Part shown: positions 56,294 through 64,000 of the stretch, piece by piece
Layout: each line of letters begins with the position of its first letter
Numbering within the stretch: the first letter of the stretch is position 1
Origin: an uncultured Gammaproteobacteria bacterium
Lineage (GTDB): Bacteria > Patescibacteriota > Microgenomatia > Levybacterales > GWA1-39-11
DNA: 64,000 nucleotides
Direction: 5' to 3'
NCBI GenBank assembly: GCA_964511965.1
Contig: CAZEGF010000006.1
Location: 18,015-82,014, forward strand
Notes under the pieces: model-generated
What the model saw: only the letters and a program-made list of their open reading frames with translations
Told to the model about the DNA's origin: nothing
The model's database searches: none
Position numbers and translations under genes: made by a program

Positions 56294-57565
56294 ATGGTTG
56301 CAAATGACGAAGCTTTAAAAGCGATACAAAAGAAATTGGTTGGTAAAACTCTTAACTATAAAGAGATTTATTCCATCATGGATGAAATTTCGCATGATAG
56401 ACTTGGAGATGTTTTAACTACTTATTTTGCCGCTTCCGGATATTCAAAAGGATTTACGTATGATGAGATTTATTTCTTAACAAAGGCTATGGTTGAAACC
56501 GGGGAGAAACTTCATTTCGAAGGGATTGTTGCAGACAAACATTCAATTGGGGGTCTTCCGGGAACAAGAGCCACTATGATTATCGTTCCAATTATTGCCT
56601 CAGCCGGCTTTAAAATTCCAAAAAGTTCGTCCCGTGCAATTACAACTCCTGCTGGGACCGCTGATTCAATGGAGTGTTTAGCAAATGTCACATTTGATGA
56701 AAAACAAATATATGAAATTGTAAAAAAGACAAATGCCTGTATTGTGTGGGGAGGAAGTTTTAAGATTGCCCCGGCTGATGACGAGATCATTCATGTTGAA
56801 GAACCTTTAGCACTTGAAAGTTTTGACAAAATTTTAGTGTCTGTAATGGCTAAAAAAATTGCTTTTGGTTCAAATCATGTTGTAATAGATATACCTTATG
56901 GTCCGACTATGAAAGTGCATCACAAAGAAGATGCAGAACTACTCGCTAAAAAATTCAAATATATAGCCAAAAGATTTGATATTAAACTTGAAACACTTAT
57001 CGCACATTCTCACCAGCCTGCAGGAAATGGTATTGGTCCACTTCTAGAAGCAAAAGATGCCTTGAAAGTTTTGGAGCAAACCGATGATAGACCATTGGCT
57101 CTTGAGAATAAGTCGGTTGAGCTTGCCGCCAAGCTACTTGAGTTATGTCTTGAGGATGCCGATAGTGATATAAAAAATGTTGCTGCGAAATACGAAACAA
57201 CACATGCCTGGGCGCACGACATTTTAGTAAGCGGAAAAGCTCACTCAAAAATGATCGAGATAATAGATGCTCAAAATGGTGACCCAAGTGTACTATCAAC
57301 CAAACTTCATGCAGGTCCTAAAACTAAAGAAGTAAAGACAGATAAGTCAGGTGTTATTAGAAGCATTAATAACAATAACGTTTCAATCGTAGCAAAAGTG
57401 CTTGGAGCCCCTCAAGATCATAGAGCTGGTCTATTTTTGAGAAAGAGGGTTGATGATAAAATTACTAACGGTGAAGTTATATTTGATATGTATTCAGAAA
57501 CAGATCACAGATTAGCCGAAGCCCACGATTCTCTACAGATGTTCCCACTTTATAAAATAGAGTAA
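56294..57565 (+). CDS. AMP/thymidine phosphorylase (archaeal-type DeoA family)
   Basis: DKHSIGGLPG, PKSSSRAITTPAGTAD, IVWGG, APADD, SVMAKK, GIGPLLEA. Confidence 0.88.
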   Translation: MVANDEALKAIQKKLVGKTLNYKEIYSIMDEISHDRLGDVLTTYFAASGYSKGFTYDEIYFLTKAMVETGEKLHFEGIVADKHSIGGLPGTRATMIIVPIIASAGFKIPKSSSRAITTPAGTADSMECLANVTFDEKQIYEIVKKTNACIVWGGSFKIAPADDEIIHVEEPLALESFDKILVSVMAKKIAFGSNHVVIDIPYGPTMKVHHKEDAELLAKKFKYIAKRFDIKLETLIAHSHQPAGNGIGPLLEAKDALKVLEQTDDRPLALENKSVELAAKLLELCLEDADSDIKNVAAKYETTHAWAHDILVSGKAHSKMIEIIDAQNGDPSVLSTKLHAGPKTKEVKTDKSGVIRSINNNNVSIVAKVLGAPQDHRAGLFLRKRVDDKITNGEVIFDMYSETDHRLAEAHDSLQMFPLYKIE

Positions 57566-57587
57566 GCAAATATATAAGCCTGTAGTA

Positions 57588-57659
57588 TTGACTTTCCCCT
57601 CAAATTAGTGTATAATGCAACCCGCATCTCGTCAGAAATGATGAGGTAGCTCATTGACA
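57588..57659 (+). promoter_or_regulatory. near-consensus sigma70 promoter followed by boxB/boxA-like leader
   Basis: TTGACT-N17-TATAAT (57588-57616); ATCTCGTCA-GAAA-TGATGAGGT hairpin (57626-57647); AGCTCATTGACA (57648-57659). Confidence 0.7.
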
Positions 57660-57677
57660 TGGCTAGGCTTACTTTGA

Positions 57678-58787
57678 GTGCCAGCCAAGGAGATCCCGGT
57701 GTCCGTTCGTCTTACCCACTTCGCCCTGGACGAGTTCGAATGCGCAACTGTGTTGCGTGGCGTACTCGATCCTGACACTCTGGAGGACATCCTAGTGGAT
57801 GTTTACCAGAGGGAAGTCCTCCACCAGGAGGGAAAGAAGCACAGCCTCATCGAGGCTTTGCGCAACGGCGCCCGCGTTCCCGATGTTGAAATCGGCATGC
57901 GCGGAGACAACTTCTCCATCGAGGGAGAAGGAGAGGGCTTCATCGTCCTCAACGACCCGGCCTACATCGTCGACGGCCTGCAGCGCATCAGCTCCGGTAT
58001 CGCTGTGATGAGAGAGGGCATTCGCCCTCACATCGGAGCGACTATCCACTTCAACACAGATAAGGTGTGGGAGAAGGATCGGTTCAAGACGCTGAATCAG
58101 GACCGCGTTCGTGTCAGCACGAACATCTTGCTCCGCAACTTGGGAGAGGAGAACGCCGCAATAGCGGTTTTGCTCCAACTCACCAGGTCGGATAAGGCGT
58201 TCGCCATGAACGGTCGTGTTTGCTGGAATCAGCAGATGGCTCGCAGCGAGCTCATCACCGCCCTCACCTTTGCGAAGGTGATTGGGAGGCTTCACATGCA
58301 CGTGGGTCCGACCGGCAACAGCCAGGTCGACCTGCTCGCTGATGGTCTCCAGACGGTAATGAATGCCGTTGGCAAGCAGGTTTTCAAGGACAACATCAAG
58401 ACGTTCTTCGACGTCATCGACAGGATGTACGGTGTCAAGCGCGTAACCTTTACGCGTGGGGCGGTGTACATGAGGGGGTCCTTCCTCCTTGCCTTGGCGA
58501 AGTTGTTCTCGAACCACTTGGAGTTCTGGAAGGACGAGAAGCGCTTCTTCGTTGAGGCGCCACTCGTACGGAAGTTGTCCACCTTCCCCATCGGAGATCC
58601 TCATGTCATCTCCCTTGCCTCCTCCGGAGGCAAGGCGATCGACCTGTTGTACCTCCTGATGGTGGAACACGTGAACAGCGGCAAGCGCACGAAGCGTCTG
58701 ACAGCACGTAACTACGTGCCGTTGTCCTCGGAAGTGGACGATGATGCTGATGACGGCGACAACAATCCAGAAGAGCCGGCTGCCTAG
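57678..58787 (+). CDS. GC-rich DGQHR/DndB-like (ParB/Srx superfamily) protein
   Basis: YQREV, YIVDGLQR, E...F..LN motifs; composition far more GC-rich than flanks. Confidence 0.65.
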   Translation: MPAKEIPVSVRLTHFALDEFECATVLRGVLDPDTLEDILVDVYQREVLHQEGKKHSLIEALRNGARVPDVEIGMRGDNFSIEGEGEGFIVLNDPAYIVDGLQRISSGIAVMREGIRPHIGATIHFNTDKVWEKDRFKTLNQDRVRVSTNILLRNLGEENAAIAVLLQLTRSDKAFAMNGRVCWNQQMARSELITALTFAKVIGRLHMHVGPTGNSQVDLLADGLQTVMNAVGKQVFKDNIKTFFDVIDRMYGVKRVTFTRGAVYMRGSFLLALAKLFSNHLEFWKDEKRFFVEAPLVRKLSTFPIGDPHVISLASSGGKAIDLLYLLMVEHVNSGKRTKRLTARNYVPLSSEVDDDADDGDNNPEEPAA

Positions 58788-58871
58788 TCACTTAGTAGGT
58801 TTGTGAGTATAACCTGATGAACCAGTGTATCTGAATAAGACGCGCTGGGGGGTCGTAAACTCTCACCAATG

Positions 58872-58912
58872 GCCCCGCCTGCGCGAAAGCAAAGGCGGGG
58901 CTTTCTCGTTTT
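58872..58912 (+). terminator. intrinsic terminator
   Basis: GCCCCGCCT..AGGCGGGGC followed by TTTCTCGTTTT. Confidence 0.7.
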
Positions 58913-58948
58913 GAACCCAAAATACCTTGTGGTAAAATAGGAAACGTA

Positions 58949-59902
58949 ATGCGAAAGTTCTCCATATTAATCATCCTTGCCGCTGTCATTTTCGTCTTTG
59001 TCTCACTTTGGTGGAATAACGGTTTATCTGCAGTAGATAGCCACGATAAATCTCAAAAATTCTTTGTTATTCCAAAAGGAACGGCTATAAGAACGGTCGG
59101 AAACGAGCTAAAATCCCAAAAGTTAATAAAAGATCCAGTTGTCTTCTTTATATATATTAAGCTTAATAATTTAGATCACGATATACAGGCTGGGTCATAC
59201 CGTTTGTCTTCATCGATGAGCCTGCCTCAAATTATGGAAACACTTGGGCATGGTACTGTTGACATATGGGTTACAATTCCAGAGGGGCTTCGCTCTGAAG
59301 AAATTGCGGCAATTCTTAAAGAAAGCATTCCAACTTATAAGCCTGAATGGATTGAACGTTTGTCTTCTGAGGAGGGATATCTTTTCCCTGACACATATCT
59401 GATACCACGTGATGCAACAATTGACTCAATAATTACCCTTCTTGAGAACAATTTCTACAAGAAAGTCATGACAGTTGGATTGACAAAGGATTCTCCACAT
59501 CTTAATAAAATTGTGACTGAAGCATCACTTATCGAGCGTGAGGCTAAATTTGAAGAAGATAGGCCGTATGTTGCTTCAGTTCTTGAAAATAGACTTGCTA
59601 TCGGCATGGCTCTGCAAATAGATGCGACTGTGCAGTATGTTACCGGTTACAATCAAACGACCAAGAAGTGGTGGAATCAGCCTGCTCCTTATCAGTTAAA
59701 GGTTTCATCTCCATACAATACATATATAAATACCGGTTTACCGCCTGCTCCAATATGTAATCCAGGTCTTTCTGCAATACAAGCAGCAGTGAATCCAAAG
59801 GATACTAACTATATATATTATGTAAATGATTCAAAAGGCAAGCTTCATTTTGCAGAAAATTTATCCGATCACAATAAAAATATACAAAAGTATTTGAACT
59901 AA
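58949..59902 (+). CDS. mltG: endolytic transglycosylase MltG
   Basis: TIPEG, EGYLFPDTY, ASLIERE, LQIDATVQY, SPYNTY..GLPPAPICNPG. Confidence 0.95.
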   Translation: MRKFSILIILAAVIFVFVSLWWNNGLSAVDSHDKSQKFFVIPKGTAIRTVGNELKSQKLIKDPVVFFIYIKLNNLDHDIQAGSYRLSSSMSLPQIMETLGHGTVDIWVTIPEGLRSEEIAAILKESIPTYKPEWIERLSSEEGYLFPDTYLIPRDATIDSIITLLENNFYKKVMTVGLTKDSPHLNKIVTEASLIEREAKFEEDRPYVASVLENRLAIGMALQIDATVQYVTGYNQTTKKWWNQPAPYQLKVSSPYNTYINTGLPPAPICNPGLSAIQAAVNPKDTNYIYYVNDSKGKLHFAENLSDHNKNIQKYLN

Positions 59903-60143
59903 CCTCACCCTTTCAAATTGAGGTTCAGATAAGCATTGTTTAAAATCGTTTTTAAATAACAAAATTGTTGAGATTGTACGAAGAAAGAGTGAGGTAATTT
60001 TGAGCTCAATTTTTGTCAATTATAAAATAGGGTATTGACAATAATTATCAAATGCTGTATATGTAAACAACATGTAAAAAAAGATGGGTACATGTGTGCT
60101 CATCGTTTTTTTTCGTGATTGGAACAACTTCTTTATATTTCCG

Positions 60144-63100
60144 ATGCTAAAACAAAACAAATTGCGACAATATTGGGGAAAGCAAGTGGAAAAGCTCCCC
60201 GAAATGGATCTTTTGGGAATCCAGAAAGAATCTTATAAATGGTTTCTTGCTGAAGGAATTGCTGAGGTAATAGAAGAAATATCCCCTATAGAAGATTTTA
60301 CCGGTAAAAACTGGGAACTATCCCTTGGTGAATACCGTCTTGGAGAACCAAAAATTACAGAAGAGTTGGCAATGAAAAAAGGGCTAACTTATTTCTGTCC
60401 TTTGACTGTTGAAGCAACACTTCTCAATAAAAAAACCGGGAAAAAGGTAACTCAAGAAGTTTTCTTGGGTGAAGTTCCAAAAATGACTGAACGGGCAACT
60501 TTTATCGTTAACGGAATTGAAAGAGTAATTGTTAATCAAATCGTTAGATCTCCAGGAGTCTTTTTTACAGGAGCAGAAGACCCAATTACCGGAAAAACTC
60601 TCTATACTGCGGAACTACGACCGGTTCACGGATCTTGGCTTGAGATTTCAACAACAAGAACAGATATGATCGTAGTGAGAATAGACAGAAGAAAGAAATT
60701 CCTCGGAACTGTTTTTCTTAAAGCATTGGGAATTGAGACAAATGAAGAAATTTATGAAAAATTCAAAGATACTGAAGGTGCAGAAGATGTTATCAAGTTA
60801 ACGCTCTCAAAAGATGAAGCAAAAGGTTCAACAGATGCTCTTATTGAGATCTTCAAGAAATTAAATCCTGGCGAACCAGTCGTTATTGATACCATCAGAC
60901 AAAATTTCAGAGATACATTTTTTGACAGACGTCGCTATGACTTATCAAGAGTCGGCCGCTACAAAATAAATAAAAAACTTAATGGACTAAACGCAGGTGT
61001 TGATGGAGATGTAGCAACTTTGGCTGTCGAAGATATTATAGGAATTATTAAATATCTTATTGGTCTTACTCAGGGTAAGGGTAAAGTTGATGATATTGAC
61101 CACTTAGCCAACAGACGCGTGAGAAGTGTTGGAGAACTTGTACAAACAACCGCATTTAGAGTTGGTGCATTACGACTCGAGCGCATCATCAAAGAAAAAA
61201 TGTCTTTAACTTCAACTGAGGAGGTTTACTCTCCATCTCATTTCATAAACGCCCATCCAATTATTGCTGCAATCAATGAATTTTTCAGAACTTCTCAATT
61301 ATCTGCAATTCTGGACCAAACTAATCCATTAGCTGAAATTGACAATCTTCGCCGTTTGACTGTTATGGGAACAGGTGGTATTTCAAGAGAAAGAGCTTCA
61401 TTCTCGATCCGTGATATTAATGCGTCACAATATTCAAAAATTTGTCCTGTTAGAAGTCCTGAAGGTCCAAATATCGGTCTTGTGACTTATCTTGCGTTAT
61501 ACGCCAGAGTAAATGAGTTCGGATTTTTAGAAGCTCCTTATAGAAAAGTAGAACACGTTAAGAAAGGAAGTAAAACTGTTGCTAGGGTTACAAGCGAACT
61601 TGTGTACCTTGATGCAGATGTTGAATCCGATCAATACATAACTCATGCAGATATAAAAGTTGATGACTCAGGATTTATTGTTGACGAATTGGTTCCTGCT
61701 AGATATCGAGGAGAATATCTTGAAGTAGAGCAAAGTAAAATCAAATATATTGATGTTATTCCACGACAAGTGGTTGGAACCAGCGCATCTCTTATCCCAT
61801 TTGTTGATCACGATGAAGCGAACCGTGCTCTGATGGGTACACACATGCAGTGTCAAGCAGTACCTCTTATTAAGACTGAGTCTCCTGTTGTTGGTACCGG
61901 TATGGAAGCAACCGTTGCTGAAGCTATGGGTAGAGTTGTCAAGGCACCATTTGACGGTGAAGTAACATTTGTTGACGCAAATAAAGTTGTTATTTCAGGT
62001 AAGGGTGGAAAAATGGAATACGACATCGAGAAATTTAAGAGAACTGCACAAAATACGTATTTTTCAGAAAAACCGGTTGTATTTATGGGACAGAAAGTTA
62101 AAAAGGGAGACGTTCTTATCGATGGTCCAGCTACTGACAATGGTGAATTAGCACTAGGAAAGAATCTTCTTATTGCATACGCATCATATGACGGACTTGG
62201 ATATGAAGACGCTATTGTTATATCTGACAGACTTGTTAAAGATGATGAACTATCTTCAGTTCATATTGAAAAATATGAAGCGACAGTTGTTGATACAAAA
62301 TTAGGACCTGAAGAAACAACCAGAGACATTCCAAATGTTGCAGAAGAGGATTTGGCAAATCTTGATGAAGAAGGAATTGTTGTTGTTGGATCTGAGGTTA
62401 ATCCTGGAGATATTTTGGTAGGAAAGATTGCTCCAAAAGGTGAAACAGAACTTACAGCCGAAGAAAGATTACTAAGAGCAATTTTTGGTGAAAAGGCACG
62501 TGAAGTAAGAGATACTTCTTTGAGAATGCCTCACGGAGAACACGGCATTGTCACATCGGTTCAAGTTTTGGATCGGGATAAAGGAGACGAATTAGAGCCT
62601 GGAACGATTAGAAAACTTCTTATTGAAGTAGCACAATTAAGACATGTTGTCGTTGGAGATAAACTCGCTGGACGTCACGGTAATAAAGGTGTTATTTCAA
62701 AAATCGTACCACAATCTGACATGCCGTATCTTGAGGATGGAACACCGGTTGATATTATGATATCCCCAATCTCAGTACTTGGACGTATGAATTTGGGTCA
62801 GCTCCTTGAAGCACATGCAGGCTGGGCAGCGAAGCGATTAGGTGATAAAATAGCAGTTCCTGTTTTTGAAAAGACAGAAGAAGATAGACTTTTTGATCTA
62901 TTAAAGCAAGCAGGTATTCCTGCTGATGCTAAGGTAAAATTATATGACGCAAGAACTGGGGATGCATACGAAAATAATGTAGTTGTTGGTATCGGATACA
63001 TCATGAAGCTTATCCACATGGTTGAGGATAAGACTCATGCAAGATCAACCGGACCATACTCTCTTGTTACACAACAACCATTGGGAGGAAAAGCTCAAAT

Positions 63101-63551
63101 GGGAGGACAAAGGTTAGGGGAGATGGAAGTTTGGGCTCTTGAATCACATCGAGCAGCCTACACATTACAGGAAATGTTGACAATAAAATCAGATGACGTT
63201 GCAGGTCGTGCAAAGGCATTTGAGGCTATTATTAAAGGGGTTGATATCCCAACTCCAAAAGTTCCTGAATCATTTAAGGTTTTGATCCGGGAGCTTCAAT
63301 CATTAGGTATGAATATTCAACCAACAGCTGCTGTTATTGCAACTGATGATGAAGAAGAAGAGACAGCTGAAGTTAGTGAGGAAATAAAGAAAGAATCAGA
63401 AGAATTACAGGAAGCATTAGAAGTTGAAGATGTCGAAACAACAATTGATGATCAAGTTTTGACACCTGAAGCGGAATTGATTGCAGATTCAGTAGAAGGA
63501 ACTGAACCAACTGCCGAAGACATTCCGGTAGAAGAAGGAGGAGATAACTAA
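60144..63551 (+). CDS. rpoB: RNA polymerase beta subunit
   Basis: FIVNGIERVIVNQIVRSPG, DDIDHLANRR, PEGPNIGL, GDKLAGRHGNKG, GGQRLGEMEVWA. Confidence 0.98.
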   Translation: MLKQNKLRQYWGKQVEKLPEMDLLGIQKESYKWFLAEGIAEVIEEISPIEDFTGKNWELSLGEYRLGEPKITEELAMKKGLTYFCPLTVEATLLNKKTGKKVTQEVFLGEVPKMTERATFIVNGIERVIVNQIVRSPGVFFTGAEDPITGKTLYTAELRPVHGSWLEISTTRTDMIVVRIDRRKKFLGTVFLKALGIETNEEIYEKFKDTEGAEDVIKLTLSKDEAKGSTDALIEIFKKLNPGEPVVIDTIRQNFRDTFFDRRRYDLSRVGRYKINKKLNGLNAGVDGDVATLAVEDIIGIIKYLIGLTQGKGKVDDIDHLANRRVRSVGELVQTTAFRVGALRLERIIKEKMSLTSTEEVYSPSHFINAHPIIAAINEFFRTSQLSAILDQTNPLAEIDNLRRLTVMGTGGISRERASFSIRDINASQYSKICPVRSPEGPNIGLVTYLALYARVNEFGFLEAPYRKVEHVKKGSKTVARVTSELVYLDADVESDQYITHADIKVDDSGFIVDELVPARYRGEYLEVEQSKIKYIDVIPRQVVGTSASLIPFVDHDEANRALMGTHMQCQAVPLIKTESPVVGTGMEATVAEAMGRVVKAPFDGEVTFVDANKVVISGKGGKMEYDIEKFKRTAQNTYFSEKPVVFMGQKVKKGDVLIDGPATDNGELALGKNLLIAYASYDGLGYEDAIVISDRLVKDDELSSVHIEKYEATVVDTKLGPEETTRDIPNVAEEDLANLDEEGIVVVGSEVNPGDILVGKIAPKGETELTAEERLLRAIFGEKAREVRDTSLRMPHGEHGIVTSVQVLDRDKGDELEPGTIRKLLIEVAQLRHVVVGDKLAGRHGNKGVISKIVPQSDMPYLEDGTPVDIMISPISVLGRMNLGQLLEAHAGWAAKRLGDKIAVPVFEKTEEDRLFDLLKQAGIPADAKVKLYDARTGDAYENNVVVGIGYIMKLIHMVEDKTHARSTGPYSLVTQQPLGGKAQMGGQRLGEMEVWALESHRAAYTLQEMLTIKSDDVAGRAKAFEAIIKGVDIPTPKVPESFKVLIRELQSLGMNIQPTAAVIATDDEEEETAEVSEEIKKESEELQEALEVEDVETTIDDQVLTPEAELIADSVEGTEPTAEDIPVEEGGDN

Positions 63552-63554
63552 ATT

Positions 63555-64000
63555 ATGGAACCACAAGACGGTAATCAACAATATAGAGACGGTGCATTTG
63601 CGCCAAAAGCAGTACAACGCAGAAATGACGTTATTAATATTTCTGATTTTGAAGGATTGAGAATCACTGTTGCATCCCCTGATGATATTAAAAATTGGTC
63701 ATACGGTGAAGTAACAAAGCCTGAAACTATCAACTACAGAACTTTCAGAGCTGAAAAAGACGGTCTTTTTGACGAAAGAATCTTTGGACCTACGCGAGAC
63801 TTTGAATGTTATTGCGGAAAATACAAAAGAATCAGATATAAGGGTATAGTTTGTGACAGATGCGGTGTTGAGGTTACATACTCAAGAGTTCGACGTGAGA
63901 GAATGGGTCATATTACGCTTGCTGCACCAGTTATTCACGTTTGGTTCTCAAAAGGATCTCCTTCAAAACTTTCAACTCTTCTTGGAACATCACAAAAAGA
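63555..64000 (+). CDS. rpoC: RNA polymerase beta' subunit, 3'-truncated by window edge
   Basis: my translation: [58 protein letters not shown]. Confidence 0.97.
   Translation, partial: MEPQDGNQQYRDGAFAPKAVQRRNDVINISDFEGLRITVASPDDIKNWSYGEVTKPETINYRTFRAEKDGLFDERIFGPTRDFECYCGKYKRIRYKGIVCDRCGVEVTYSRVRRERMGHITLAAPVIHVWFSKGSPSKLSTLLGTSQK

Noticed and set aside
57792-58670. 292-aa minus-strand ORF inside the DGQHR-like gene
   Set aside because: Antisense frame kept open by GC-rich codon bias; promoter, motifs and terminator support the plus strand

Overview
AT-rich bacterial chromosome segment (genetic code 11). Its gene set points to a Patescibacteria/CPR organism, probably Microgenomates (inference from the short IF2, short AlaRS, two sortases, archaeal-type AMP/thymidine phosphorylase and many P/T-rich membrane-anchored ORFans). 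Housekeeping genes include tgt, mutY, RND and MacAB-type exporters, nusA-infB-DHH-rpsO-pnp, rnj, glgP, ftsK, pyrE, nth, alaS, mltG, rpoB and the start of rpoC. The accessory zone at about 17-26 kb is the most interesting part. (i) Four paralogous secreted Asn/Thr/Gly-rich proteins are built from a ~85-90 aa repeat with CxC/CxxC junctions; one carries an LPVTG sorting signal and lies near a sortase, making this a candidate surface fibre or amyloid-like system with structured leaders and an upstream DUF2292 protein. (ii) A GIY-YIG nuclease gene is bracketed by inverted palindromic repeats that recur elsewhere, and a second repeat family sits in-frame inside a protein gene. (iii) A GC-rich four-gene operon encodes a stand-alone RNAP alpha-CTD-like protein, an uncalled ATT-start 45-aa membrane peptide and two paralogous ORFans, all preceded by the same GCCTGAGGAGG leader. 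A second GC-rich insert at 57.6-58.9 kb (DGQHR/DndB-like gene) has the same TTGACT-N17-TATAAT promoter and a boxB/boxA-like leader. Many host genes look leaderless. No tRNA, rRNA or CRISPR array was recognised by eye.
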